This document shows positions 19,944 to 29,588 of a stretch of 64,000 bases of DNA, piece after piece. Both the position numbers and the translations under genes were made by a program. Position 1 is the stretch's first letter, and every line of letters begins with the position of its first letter. The notes under the pieces were generated by a model that made no database searches, was not told where the DNA came from, and saw only the letters and a program-made list of their open reading frames with translations. Location of the stretch: NCBI GenBank assembly GCA_001817215.1, contig MHHX01000019.1, positions 16,302 through 80,301 of the forward strand, read 5' to 3'. Origin of the DNA: Candidatus Brennerbacteria bacterium RIFOXYC1_FULL_41_11 (lineage in GTDB: Bacteria; Patescibacteriota; Minisyncoccia; UBA6257; Brennerbacteraceae).

Positions 19944-20312
19944 ATGATTCAGTTGAGATCAATGTTGAAAGTGGCTGATAATTCTGGCGCCAAGATCGTA
20001 CAGTGTTTTCGTGTTTATGGAGGATCGAATAAAAAGTACGGTCAGATTGGCGACGTTATTATGGTGGCCGTGAAAAAAGCAGAGCCAAGAAAAGCGGTAA
20101 AGAAACACGATAAAGTTAAAGCTGTCATTGTCAGGCAGAGAAAGCCGCTTCGCAGGAAAGATGGTTCATATATCAGATTTGACGATAATGCGGTGGTTAT
20201 CCTTGAAAAAGGCAAGGAGATGAAAGGGGGTCGCGTTTTCGGCCCGATTGCCAGGGAGTTGAAAGAGAAAGGTTATGACAAGATTGCTTCATTAGCGGAA
20301 GAAGTTATTTAG
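19944..20312 (+). CDS. rplN: Ribosomal protein L14
   Basis: [17 protein letters not shown]... canonical L14 start; ATG at 19944 checked in sequence. Confidence 0.95.
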   Translation: MIQLRSMLKVADNSGAKIVQCFRVYGGSNKKYGQIGDVIMVAVKKAEPRKAVKKHDKVKAVIVRQRKPLRRKDGSYIRFDDNAVVILEKGKEMKGGRVFGPIARELKEKGYDKIASLAEEVI

Positions 20313-20332
20313 CTTAGGTAATAATAAGATCA

Positions 20333-20653
20333 ATGGCACGGATGAAGTTAAAACTGAAGAAAGGTGATTTCGTGAAGGTTGTTTCCGGAAAGGATAAAGG
20401 GAAGCAGGCAAAGATTTTGAGAACGATTCCAGATTCCGGCAAGGTTGTTTTGGAGGGTCTTTTTTTGGTTAAAAAAATCAAGCGGCCCAAAAAGGCCGGA
20501 GAAAAAGCAGAAATCATGAATGTGTCAATGCCTGTTTTTGCTTCAAAGTTAATGCTGATTTGTAGTTCTTGCGGCAAGGCATCTAGATCGGGTTATTCTT
20601 TGACAGATAAAGAAAAAACTAGAGTTTGCCGCCGTTGTGGCAATAAAATTTAA
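20333..20653 (+). CDS. rplX: Ribosomal protein L24
   Basis: KLKKGDFVKVVSGKDKGKQAKIL... KOW motif. Confidence 0.9.
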   Translation: MARMKLKLKKGDFVKVVSGKDKGKQAKILRTIPDSGKVVLEGLFLVKKIKRPKKAGEKAEIMNVSMPVFASKLMLICSSCGKASRSGYSLTDKEKTRVCRRCGNKI

Positions 20654-20667
20654 TCTTTGAATATTTC

Positions 20668-21228
20668 ATGTCAACTTTGAAACAAAAATTCGAATCCAAG
20701 ATTATCTCGCAGGTGAAGAAGGAGCTTGGTCTGTCTAATGATTTTGAAGTTCCGGCCCTGAAAAAGGTGGTTATTAATTGTGGTATTGGGCGATTTGTGG
20801 CCGGAGACGATAAGAAAGATCAGAAACAGTCCGTTGTTGACGAAGTTTCAAAGATTCTTGCTTCAATTTCCGGTCAGAAACCGAGAGAGAATCGAGCGCA
20901 GAAATCAATTGCCGGGTTTAAACTAAGAGAAGGTGATTTAATTGGTTTATCAGTCACATTAAGGGGTGAAAGAATGTATTCTTTTTTGGAGAGATTCATT
21001 AATACGGTTTTGCCGAGGGTGAGAGATTTTCGTGGTATTCCTGACAAATCTGTTTCGCCCGACGGGATCTTGAATATTGGTTTGAAAGAACATATAGTTT
21101 TTCCAGAACTAACTGGCGAAGATTTCAGAAGAATTTACGGGATGCAAATAACCGTGGTTACTAAAGTGGTCGACCGCAATCAGGCGATGAGTTTATTCAA
21201 AGTCTTGAAAGTTCCGTTTCAAAAATAG
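20668..21228 (+). CDS. rplE: Ribosomal protein L5
   Basis: L5 family; operon position. Confidence 0.9.
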   Translation: MSTLKQKFESKIISQVKKELGLSNDFEVPALKKVVINCGIGRFVAGDDKKDQKQSVVDEVSKILASISGQKPRENRAQKSIAGFKLREGDLIGLSVTLRGERMYSFLERFINTVLPRVRDFRGIPDKSVSPDGILNIGLKEHIVFPELTGEDFRRIYGMQITVVTKVVDRNQAMSLFKVLKVPFQK

Positions 21229-21261
21229 TTTTGATTTGTTAACCTGAAAAAAGTTTAAAAT

Positions 21262-21447
21262 ATGGCAAAAAAATCAGTCATCGCAAGAGCTTTAAAAAAA
21301 CCGAAATTCGAATCGCGGATTGTCAGGCGTTGTTTTAAATGCGGCAGAAAGAGGGGGTACATTAGGGACTTTAATCTTTGTCGTATTTGTTTTCGTGAGA
21401 TGGCCTCGATCGGTTTAATTCCGGGCGTAAAAAAATCAAGCTGGTAG
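21262..21447 (+). CDS. rpsZ: Ribosomal protein S14, type Z (zinc-binding)
   Basis: 61 aa with [20 protein letters not shown] (C4 zinc ribbon). Confidence 0.9.
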   Translation: MAKKSVIARALKKPKFESRIVRRCFKCGRKRGYIRDFNLCRICFREMASIGLIPGVKKSSW

Positions 21448-21467
21448 AATTTATTTCAGAAAATATC

Positions 21468-21848
21468 ATGGATCCAATCGCAAATATGCTAACAATAATT
21501 AGAAACGGCCAAATGGTTGGCAAGGAATCTGTCAAAATTCCGTACTCCAATTTTAAATTTGAGTTGGCCAAGCTCCTGTTAGAACTCGGGTTTTTAGGCA
21601 AGGTTGAAAAATCCGGTAAAAAAGAAAAGCGTTATCTTGACATTGATCTTACTTATGAAGGCAAGAGTCCGACAATCTCTGAAATCAAGAGGCTATCTAA
21701 GCCGAGCCGAAAAGTCTATAATCAGTGCCCTGAACTGAAATGGCCAAAAGGATCCGTATTAATTGTTTCAACATCCAAGGGGCTGATGACGGGTCAGAAA
21801 GCAAAGAGAAACAGAATCGGCGGTGAATTAATTTGTTTAGTGTCTTAA
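21468..21848 (+). CDS. rpsH: Ribosomal protein S8
   Basis: MDPIANMLTIIRNGQ... canonical S8 N-terminus. Confidence 0.95.
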   Translation: MDPIANMLTIIRNGQMVGKESVKIPYSNFKFELAKLLLELGFLGKVEKSGKKEKRYLDIDLTYEGKSPTISEIKRLSKPSRKVYNQCPELKWPKGSVLIVSTSKGLMTGQKAKRNRIGGELICLVS

Positions 21849-21863
21849 GCGTAACTGTAAGCT

Positions 21864-22406
21864 ATGTCAAAAGTCGGAAAAAAAATAATTGTTGTTCCAA
21901 GCGGCACTACTGTTCATTGGGATAATCAATCAGTATCTGTCAAGGGTCCGAACGGAGAGATGATTCAAAAACTTAATCTTTACGGTTTTACTATTATTGA
22001 AAAAGATGGTTCGTTGACAATTTCTCCTCCCGAAGTTTTGAATAAACGATCAAGGTCTCTATGGGGTACGTTTAATGCTGTTATCGCTAATATGATTTCC
22101 GGTGTCAACAAACATTTTGATAAAATCCTTGAGTTTGAAGGCGTCGGTTATCGTGCTGAGGTTTCAGGGAATGACTTGGTTTTAAATCTCGGTTTTTCCC
22201 ATCCGGTTAAGCTGTTAATTCCAGAGGGCCTTAAAATTTCAACCACGAAGAACTCAATTTCTGTTTCCGGATGCAGTAAAGAACTTGTTGGTCTTTTTGC
22301 GGCGAAAATAAGAAAGATCAGAAAGATTGAGCCGTTTAAACTTTCTGGTATTAAATATAAAGGCGAGATAGTCAAAAAGAAAGCAGGTAAGAAACTCGCC
22401 GGTTGA
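21864..22406 (+). CDS. rplF: Ribosomal protein L6
   Basis: L6 family; operon position. Confidence 0.9.
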   Translation: MSKVGKKIIVVPSGTTVHWDNQSVSVKGPNGEMIQKLNLYGFTIIEKDGSLTISPPEVLNKRSRSLWGTFNAVIANMISGVNKHFDKILEFEGVGYRAEVSGNDLVLNLGFSHPVKLLIPEGLKISTTKNSISVSGCSKELVGLFAAKIRKIRKIEPFKLSGIKYKGEIVKKKAGKKLAG

Positions 22407-22431
22407 GCTTGAGTCAGATATAATAATCAAT

Positions 22432-22788
22432 ATGCAGGATAAAAAAGAAAAAAGATTGAGAAGACATCATCGGGTCAGAGTCAAAATTGTCGGCACGAAA
22501 GATAGACTAAGACTTTCCGTGTTTCGTTCAGATAAGCACATTTTTGCCCAGCTCATTAATGATGAAGATGGAACGACGATACTGGCCGTTTCCGATAAAA
22601 ATTTGGTGTCAAAAGAGACAAAAGGTCAGACGAAGAGTGATAAATCGTTTGCTGTTGGGAAGTTACTTGCGGAAAAAGCTAGAGAGAAGGACGTTAAAAA
22701 AATCGTTTTTGATCGTGGCAGCTATGTCTATGCCGGTCGAGTGAAAAAAATAGCTGAAGGCGCTCGTGACGGCGGTTTGGAGTTTTAA
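22432..22788 (+). CDS. rplR: Ribosomal protein L18
   Basis: ...RLRRHHRVRVKIVGT...RLSVFRSDKHIFAQLI... Confidence 0.9.
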   Translation: MQDKKEKRLRRHHRVRVKIVGTKDRLRLSVFRSDKHIFAQLINDEDGTTILAVSDKNLVSKETKGQTKSDKSFAVGKLLAEKAREKDVKKIVFDRGSYVYAGRVKKIAEGARDGGLEF

Positions 22789-22790
22789 GG

Positions 22791-23300
22791 TTGTTATTAG
22801 CATCGGTAAATAAAATGGCGAGAGTTACAGTATCAAAATCAAGAGATAATGAGTGGCAACAGAAATTGCTTGAGCTTCGAAGGGTTACAAGGGTTGTCGC
22901 CGGCGGTAAGCGTATGAGCTTTCGTGTGGTGATGGTTATTGGAGACCAAAAAGGCCGTGTCGGCGTCGGTGTTGCTAAGGGCAAAGATGTTGCTCGGGCG
23001 ACTGAAAAGTCGGTTTTTCAAGCGAAGAAAAATATTTTTCAGGTTCCGGTTGTTGACGGCACCATTCCTCATCAGGTTGAAGCTAAACACTCAAGCGCGC
23101 GAATTATTATCAAACCGGCTGCTAAAGGAAGGGGTCTGATTGCTGGTGGGGCCGCCAGAGTTGTTTTGTCTTTCGCCGGCATTAAAGACGCGACTACTAA
23201 AAATCTTGGACGAACAACTAATCGTTTAACCAACGCTGAGGCGACCATCAGGGCCCTGAAGAAACTTAAGATTTCATCAAAAATCATCAAGCAACAATAA
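22791..23300 (+). CDS. rpsE: Ribosomal protein S5
   Basis: ...VTRVVAGGKRMSFRVVMVIGDQKGRVGVGVAKGKDV... Confidence 0.95.
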   Translation: MLLASVNKMARVTVSKSRDNEWQQKLLELRRVTRVVAGGKRMSFRVVMVIGDQKGRVGVGVAKGKDVARATEKSVFQAKKNIFQVPVVDGTIPHQVEAKHSSARIIIKPAAKGRGLIAGGAARVVLSFAGIKDATTKNLGRTTNRLTNAEATIRALKKLKISSKIIKQQ

Positions 23301-23307
23301 AAATTTT

Positions 23308-23757
23308 ATGCAGATTCATCAAATGAAACCCGTTCATTCTTTGAAAGATAAGAGGAGAATTGGTCGCGGTGGAAAACGCGGAACTTATTCTGGAAAAGGT
23401 CAGAAGGGTCAGAAATCAAGAGCTGGGGCGAAGATTCGTTCAGAACTACGCGAGGCGATTCTGAAGATTCCGAAGAAACGGGGTATAAAATTTAAAAATA
23501 GTCCTAAAAAAATTAAACCGGCCATTGTGGTTGTCAGTCTTCAAGTTCTTGAAAGAACTTTTAAGAATGGCGATGCCGTTAACCTGAAAATTTTGTTATC
23601 TCGTGGGCTGATAAAAGCCGCTTCTGGTCGGGTTCCGGCTGTGAAAATTCTGGCTGGTAGCGGAAGTTTCTCCAAAAAAATTTATCTTTCAACTCTTGAG
23701 GTTTCTCAGAGAGCGAAAGAGCTAATTGAAAAAGCCGGCGGTAAAGTTAGAGTATGA
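23308..23757 (+). CDS. rplO: Ribosomal protein L15. No L30 gene lies between rpsE and rplO
   Basis: ...RIGRGGKRGTYSGKGQKGQKSRAG... Confidence 0.9.
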   Translation: MQIHQMKPVHSLKDKRRIGRGGKRGTYSGKGQKGQKSRAGAKIRSELREAILKIPKKRGIKFKNSPKKIKPAIVVVSLQVLERTFKNGDAVNLKILLSRGLIKAASGRVPAVKILAGSGSFSKKIYLSTLEVSQRAKELIEKAGGKVRV

Positions 23758-25031
23758 GTTTTATCCAGACAATTTCACAAATTTCCAGAGATAAAGATCT
23801 GCGAAAAAAGATTTTGATTATCTTGGGGATTCTGGTTATCTCAAGATTTTTTGCTGCTTTGCCTATTCCCGGGACTGATCCGGAGACTTTGAAATCATTT
23901 TTTGCCCAGAATCAGTATCTCGGTTTGGTCAACATTTTTTCCGGAGGAGCCATGGCTAATTTTTCTATTGCCATGCTCGGTATTGGTCCCTACATTACTG
24001 CTTCGATTATCCTTCAGCTTCTGACTATGATTTTTCCGGCCATGAAAGAAATGTACTACGAGCAAGGAGAGCTTGGCCGAGCAAAGTTCGTCAGGTATAC
24101 CAGAATCATGACCGTGTTCTTGGCTTTCTTTCAGGGTTTTGCCTTTTTGAATCTTTTGAAAAAACAAGGTGTGGTCGGGACCCTTGATCCATTTGAACTT
24201 TTTCGAAATATTATTCTTGTTACTGCCGGGTCAATTATTTTTATGTGGCTCGGTGAATTGATCTCCGAACAAAAAATCGGTTCTGGGAGTTCTTTGATAA
24301 TTTTTGCCGGTATTATTACCGGTTTGCCCACATCTTTACGAAACAATATCTTGACCTTTGACTATTCAAGAGTTCCTTCTTACTTAATCTTCATCGCTTT
24401 AGGTTTGATCACGATTCTTGGCGTGATTTATATTAACGAGTCAGAACGTCGTGTGCCAATTAATTACGCAAAAAGGGTAAGGGGGATGAAGGTTTTCGGA
24501 GGACAAAACACTTACTTGCCGCTAAAGGTCAATCAGGCTGGTGTGATACCGATTATCTTTGCGATCTCTCTTTTGCTTTTTCCTGGGTTAATCGGGCAGA
24601 TATTATCTTTGAGCAAAAACGCTTTTTTGGCGAATGTCGGTGCTGGCCTTAGCGGTTTTCTCAATAATCAGTTGGCGTATGGTATCAGTTATTTTATTTT
24701 TGTGTTTGCTTTTACTTATTTTTATACATTGATCACTTTTGATCCCAAGGAGATTTCGAAAAACCTCCAACGTCAGGGTGGATTTGTTCCTGGCATCAGA
24801 CCGGGGCAGAATACAGCTGATCATTTGTCAAAGATTCTTTTTCGGATCACGTTTCTTGGAGCTATGTTTTTGGGTGTTATCGCGGTTCTGCCTTTGGGGG
24901 TTCAGGCGATTACCGGTATTTCTTCTCTGACTTTAGGCGGCACTTCTTTACTGATTGTTGTTTCTGTGGCTTTAGAAACAATGCGGCAGTTCAGGGCCCA
25001 GATGGTGATGAGGGACTACGAGACGTTTTAG
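23754..25031 (+). CDS. secY: Preprotein translocase subunit SecY
   Basis: 425 aa, 10 TM helices; 4-nt overlap with rplO. Confidence 0.95.
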   Translation: MSFIQTISQISRDKDLRKKILIILGILVISRFFAALPIPGTDPETLKSFFAQNQYLGLVNIFSGGAMANFSIAMLGIGPYITASIILQLLTMIFPAMKEMYYEQGELGRAKFVRYTRIMTVFLAFFQGFAFLNLLKKQGVVGTLDPFELFRNIILVTAGSIIFMWLGELISEQKIGSGSSLIIFAGIITGLPTSLRNNILTFDYSRVPSYLIFIALGLITILGVIYINESERRVPINYAKRVRGMKVFGGQNTYLPLKVNQAGVIPIIFAISLLLFPGLIGQILSLSKNAFLANVGAGLSGFLNNQLAYGISYFIFVFAFTYFYTLITFDPKEISKNLQRQGGFVPGIRPGQNTADHLSKILFRITFLGAMFLGVIAVLPLGVQAITGISSLTLGGTSLLIVVSVALETMRQFRAQMVMRDYETF

Positions 25032-25069
25032 TGAATACAAACGTCTTATTTCTTCGCAAAAAATACACC

Positions 25070-25100
25070 AAAACACGTCCCGCTAAGCGGGACGTGTTTT
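25070..25100. terminator. Bidirectional intrinsic terminator after secY
   Basis: AAAACACGTCCCGC-taag-GCGGGACGTGTTTT, perfect 13-bp stem flanked by A/T runs on both sides. Confidence 0.8.
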
Positions 25101-25126
25101 GACACAGCAAGGATATTTTTCGTAAT

Positions 25127-25528
25127 TTATTTTTCGTCGATAAGATCATCAATTTTCTCTGTCATGAAATCAAGAGCTTTTTTCATTTTCTCTAAATCCG
25201 TCCCCTTTGTTTTTATTTCTTCCTCTAATTGTCTGGTTTCCTGAATAAGTTCAACTGCTGTTCTGAAACTTAATCTCCCCGGGTCTGGCGAGACAGTGCT
25301 TATCAATTCCGGAATTAATTTATCATCTAGATCATCCAATGCCTCAGAACCAATATTTTCCCTTTCTTTTTCTAACCCGAGCCTCCACTCAGTCAGTTCC
25401 TCAATAAGGTTCTGATTACTTTCTTTTAATATTGCACCAAGACCTATCTGGGCCCATTCGATAGATGCAACCCTCGATCTTATTTCTTCAGCTATTGCGT
25501 GAAACTGTCTTAGTTTTGGTTCGGTCAT
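25127..25528 (-). CDS. Hypothetical acidic coiled-coil protein
   Basis: 133 aa, E/K/L-rich heptad character; no recognised motifs. Confidence 0.4.
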   Translation of the reverse strand: MTEPKLRQFHAIAEEIRSRVASIEWAQIGLGAILKESNQNLIEELTEWRLGLEKERENIGSEALDDLDDKLIPELISTVSPDPGRLSFRTAVELIQETRQLEEEIKTKGTDLEKMKKALDFMTEKIDDLIDEK

Positions 25529-25625
25529 ATTTGTGTTTAATTTTCTGTATTCTCCCTCTCTTTTAAGTGATTGTCAAATTTGATTCCGCGATTTAAACGT
25601 GCTTTAATTATAAACGGAGGCTAGA

Positions 25626-25805
25626 ATGGAATTACAAAAGTTCTTAAGAGGCACAGTGATGATCTTCGCAAGTTTGTTTCTTGCCGGGTTCGTAATTTTT
25701 TTTCTGATGTTTGCACGCGAATCGGAATTAGTGTGGCTCGCCCCGGCGTTCATGACTTTCGTGTTGGGTGGTATATTAACCTATGTTTATCTGCCCTCTT
25801 CGTGA
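25626..25805 (+). CDS. Possible small membrane protein (59 aa)
   Basis: ATG at 25626 preceded by AACGGAGG. Two hydrophobic helices (MIFASLFLAGFVIFFLMF, FMTFVLGGILTYVYL). Below the ORF-track cutoff. Confidence 0.3.
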   Translation: MELQKFLRGTVMIFASLFLAGFVIFFLMFARESELVWLAPAFMTFVLGGILTYVYLPSS

Positions 25806-25931
25806 AGTTCGTGAACTAAGCGAATTTCCATCACGCGTACAAGTCGGCACAATGTGTCGACTTTCGTTTTTATCAAACAAAGATTTTTGATATAATTTGA
25901 TAGCTATTCTTAATTTGAAAATTTGATTATT

Positions 25932-26606
25932 ATGTCTAAATTTCACGTTTTTTGTATTATTGGCAAGTCGGGGTCGGGCAAGGGGACCCAAGTTGAGCTT
26001 TTAAAGAAAAAACTTGGAAAAACCAAGCATATTATTAACGGAGATCTTTTTCGTGCTTTTATTAAATTGGACAATCTTTTATCGAAAAAGACAAAAAAAG
26101 TGGTTAATAGCGGTGGGTTGCCACCGGCATGGCTTTCAGCATATCTTTGGCAAACCGAGTTCTTGAAACCAATTTCTGCTGGCACAAAGGCAGCTATTTT
26201 TGAGGGCACGCCAAGAAGAATTTGGGAGGCCGATATTCTAGATGATGTTTCTGACTATCTTTTTGATCAGAGATCTGTGGCAATTTATATTGATATTTCC
26301 GATAAAGAAGCCAAGCAAAGGTTGCTGATAAGGCTGGTTTGCAAGAAGTGCAAACAACCCGTTCCGTATAAATTAATAAAACTGAATCCGAAAAAATGCA
26401 GTTTTTGCGGAGGGGGAATAGAGAAGAGAAAAGATGACGATGAACAAGCAATTTTAAAGCGATTAACCTGGTTCAAAACTGATGTTCTGCCGACGGTTGA
26501 GTATTATAAGAAAAAAGGTCGTTTAGTTCATGTCAACGGCGAGCAAGATGTGCCCTTGGTGTTTAAAGAACTGTGGTCTAAATTATCGAAAAGATTAAAA
26601 TCCTAA
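25932..26606 (+). CDS. adk: Adenylate kinase with a Zn-binding lid
   Basis: P-loop IIGKSGSGKGTQ; lid cysteines CKKCKQ...CSFCGG. Confidence 0.85.
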   Translation: MSKFHVFCIIGKSGSGKGTQVELLKKKLGKTKHIINGDLFRAFIKLDNLLSKKTKKVVNSGGLPPAWLSAYLWQTEFLKPISAGTKAAIFEGTPRRIWEADILDDVSDYLFDQRSVAIYIDISDKEAKQRLLIRLVCKKCKQPVPYKLIKLNPKKCSFCGGGIEKRKDDDEQAILKRLTWFKTDVLPTVEYYKKKGRLVHVNGEQDVPLVFKELWSKLSKRLKS

Positions 26607-26647
26607 ACTAGCACATTCGTATTGATTTGTGATTTGCAGGATGAGTC

Positions 26648-27418
26648 ATGGCTATCACGATTAAAACTGAAAAAGAGATCGAGCTGCTTAAGGCCGGGGG
26701 GAAACGCCTGGCTTTAATTCTTGATGAGCTGGCCAAGATGTGTATCACCGGGGTTTCTGGTGACGAGCTTGATAAGCGCGCGGGATATCTAATGGAAAAA
26801 TACAGTTCGCGTTCTGCGTTTTTCAGATATCGGCCGGCTCCGGATTCAAAACCATTTCCGGCGAACATTTGTTTATCCGTTAATCATGTGGCTGTGCACG
26901 GTATTCCTTCAAAGAAAATTATTTTACGCGAAGGTGATGTGGTTAAGGTTGATGCTGGTTTAATTTATGGCGGCATGATTGTTGATTCTGCCGTGACGGT
27001 TGTTGTCGGTAATACCACCGCGAAAGTCAGAAGATTAATTAAAACAACTAAAAAAGCATTGGATCAGGCGATTAAACAGTGTTTGCCCGGGAAAACAATC
27101 GGCGATATTGGTTTTGTGGTTGAAGCGACCGCCAAAAAAAACGGGGTTTTTGTTGTCAAGGATTTGGCTGGACATGGTGTCGGTTACGATGTTCATGAAG
27201 ATCCTTTTGTCATGAATTTTGGCAGAAAAAATTCAGGCGAAAAATTGCGCTCGGGTATGGTTTTGGCATTGGAACCGATTTTGTCTTTGGGGTCAAGCGA
27301 GTCGGTTGAACTTGAAGACGGGAGCATTGCCACTATTGACGGTTCAATCTCGGCGCAGTTTGAGCATACCGTGGTGATTACAGAAAATAAACCGCTCGTG
27401 GTGACGAGATTGGATTAG
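26648..27418 (+). CDS. map: Methionine aminopeptidase, type I
   Basis: ...VNHVAVHGIPS...DVVKVDAG...GHGVGYDVHEDP...LEPIL... metal-ligand motifs. Confidence 0.9.
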   Translation: MAITIKTEKEIELLKAGGKRLALILDELAKMCITGVSGDELDKRAGYLMEKYSSRSAFFRYRPAPDSKPFPANICLSVNHVAVHGIPSKKIILREGDVVKVDAGLIYGGMIVDSAVTVVVGNTTAKVRRLIKTTKKALDQAIKQCLPGKTIGDIGFVVEATAKKNGVFVVKDLAGHGVGYDVHEDPFVMNFGRKNSGEKLRSGMVLALEPILSLGSSESVELEDGSIATIDGSISAQFEHTVVITENKPLVVTRLD

Positions 27419-27776
27419 AATAATTTATTTTTCTATATAGCTTCAAGATTGGAGAATAATAGTCGCTTTGCTTCATTAAAATACACGCGGTGCCTGTCAC
27501 AAAATCTCCTACCGCTATTTTAGTTCGCAAAGCTTTTTTATTTTCACAATCTTTCCGCGAATATTTCAAAACAGATTGTTCTAATCTCGAGTAATTGCTT
27601 GGTGCTGGACCAGGACAGATTCTTGATTTTTATGATAAAGTGTGTTATAATATAGGTATCAGAAGCTAGGCTTCTAGCTTCGAAACCAGCTTTACGGGTT
27701 CAAGCAAACCCGTTGCAGCGCGAGACTTACATCTCAATCTCGCGTCAAGTCCTCAAAAAAAAGAAAGGAGGATGAG

Positions 27777-27977
27777 ATGAAAACATTACCAGACGCCATG
27801 TTCATCATCGGCCAGCTCTGGCTGGTAGATGATGACAAAATTGCTTTTGTCATCCGGCTCATTTCTGCCGGGAATGATTTAAAAGCAATTGAGGGGATTA
27901 TCCGTGAAGCCAGGAAGCTTTCGCGGATCCAGGCTAGTAACCTGGATGCTGTTGAGAATTTTAAGGTGGGTAGATAG
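27777..27977 (+). CDS. Possible small protein (66 aa) with a strong Shine-Dalgarno site inside a long non-coding stretch
   Basis: AAAGGAGGATGAGATG context; upstream extended -10 TGTTATAAT at about 27643-27651. Confidence 0.35.
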   Translation: MKTLPDAMFIIGQLWLVDDDKIAFVIRLISAGNDLKAIEGIIREARKLSRIQASNLDAVENFKVGR

Positions 27978-28221
27978 ATTCTGTAGTCGTGTAGCTCAGC
28001 GACTTTAAAAAATTACGAGTGGAGGGTAATAAGGGTGTGCCTTTATCCAGAGTCTCGGGCTGTTATTTCGCCCCGAGCTTAGCACACTTACCCAAGTTAT
28101 ATGGATATCATATTTTCATTTGTTCGTAGCCGGATGGTTGCGAACAAACAGCGGTCTCGTGTCAAATGGTGCGAGATTTTGCGTTTTAATGCGATTTTCA
28201 TCTGATTTTTATTGATCTTAT

Positions 28222-28257
28222 CGTCAACTATCTTTGCGATCGCGAAGATAGTTGACG
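28222..28257. repeat. Near-perfect 36-nt palindrome centred on GCGATCGC
   Basis: CGTCAACTATCTTTGCGATCGCGAAGATAGTTGACG; 16-nt arms with one T/G wobble position. Confidence 0.7.
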
Positions 28258-28319
28258 CTTAGGTTTTTGTTATAATTAATCTGTATCCTGATCTGTATTT
28301 AGTTTTTGACTTTTAATTT

Positions 28320-28724
28320 TTGGTTATGAATTTATTGGCTGTTGATTTTGGCGAAAAAAACATCGGTTTGGCTTTTTGTGATACAGAAATAAAATTGCCA
28401 TTAAGTCTTGAATCATTGCGAGTTGAGACAGAAGAGCAGGCTTTGCAAGAAATCAGTGAGACGATAAAATCAAGAAATATTGAATTGGCGGTTTTTGGTT
28501 TGCCGTTGAACTTTGAGTTTAAAGAAACAAAGCAGTCTCAAAAAACCAGGGATTTTGCGGCAAAACTTGAAGAAAAACTCGGTGTGAAAATATATTTTAT
28601 TAATGAAGTCTTGAGTTCACTTTTGGCTTCGCGCTTGAAAGAATCAAGTAAAAATACACATTCATCGAGCGCGCTGCTTCTTTTGGAAGATTACTTGGAT
28701 AAGTTAGAAGAACAGGCTAAATAA
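28320..28724 (+). CDS. ruvX: YqgF/RuvX-like putative pre-16S rRNA nuclease (Holliday-junction-resolvase-like)
   Basis: LLAVDFGEKNIGLAF...LAVFGLPLN... pattern typical of YqgF. Confidence 0.6.
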   Translation: MVMNLLAVDFGEKNIGLAFCDTEIKLPLSLESLRVETEEQALQEISETIKSRNIELAVFGLPLNFEFKETKQSQKTRDFAAKLEEKLGVKIYFINEVLSSLLASRLKESSKNTHSSSALLLLEDYLDKLEEQAK

Positions 28725-28800
28725 TTGTTTTTAAGTTTCTCATCTCGGTTTTTTTACTTTTAACTCTTTTCTTTAAATTATAATCTTTGAGCCTTAGCTT

Positions 28801-29562
28801 ATGAACCATCCTTTCCTCTCTGTCATTATTCCCGCTTATAATGAAGAAAAATCTTTGCCTGGCACATTGAGATCGGTTTTTAGTTATTTAGGTAAACAAT
28901 CGTATTCTTGGGAGGTGCTTGTTGTTAATGATGGCTCAGAAGATCGCACCAAAGACTTGGCTTTGGAATTTCAAAAATCGTTTCCAGAACTTAGGTTGAT
29001 AGAGAACTTCAAAAATCGCGGCAAGGGCTTTGCCGTAAAAAATGGCGTTTTGCATTCTAAAGGAGATTTGGTTTTGTTCATGGATGCTGATAATTCAACG
29101 AAGATCAATGAGATTGAAAAAGCCTTACCCCTGCTTCGGGGTGATATTACTTCGGTTTTGCCGGGTCAAAACCCGTTGCTGCATTCAGAACAGTTTGATG
29201 TAATCATGGGTTCGCGCAGACTTAAAGATTCTTTGATTGTTGAAAGTCAACCTCGGCACCGTCGGTTTTTAGGTGAGTTCTTTAGGGTTTTTACAAAAAT
29301 TCTTCTTGATTTACCCTATGACGACACCCAGGCTGGATTCAAGATTTTCAATCAAAGAGCGAGAAGGATTTTTGATTTGCAAACTCTCTCGGGATTTAGC
29401 TTTGATGCCGAGCTCTTATTTTTGGCAAAAAAAATCGGCCTTAGAGTTAAAGAGATTCCCATTCAATGGGAAAATAATGCGAGTTCTCATGTTAGTTTCA
29501 AGAAGATGGCCCATGCCCTAGCTGAGTTGTTGAAGATTAGGTTTAAAAGGTATCCGATGTAG
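28801..29562 (+). CDS. Family 2 glycosyltransferase (dolichyl-phosphate / polyprenol-phosphate sugar transferase-like)
   Basis: LSVIIPAYNEE, VVNDGSEDRT, DADNS (DxD) motifs. Confidence 0.75.
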   Translation: MNHPFLSVIIPAYNEEKSLPGTLRSVFSYLGKQSYSWEVLVVNDGSEDRTKDLALEFQKSFPELRLIENFKNRGKGFAVKNGVLHSKGDLVLFMDADNSTKINEIEKALPLLRGDITSVLPGQNPLLHSEQFDVIMGSRRLKDSLIVESQPRHRRFLGEFFRVFTKILLDLPYDDTQAGFKIFNQRARRIFDLQTLSGFSFDAELLFLAKKIGLRVKEIPIQWENNASSHVSFKKMAHALAELLKIRFKRYPM

Positions 29563-29588
29563 TCTGGCTGAACTTGGTATAATATACT

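Noticed and set aside
27560-27660. SRP RNA-like GGTGCTGG...CCAGG segment
   Set aside because: Only a loose resemblance to the 4.5S RNA 3-prime strand. No GGAA tetraloop helix-8 core. More simply explained as promoter region (-35/-10) for the downstream transcript.
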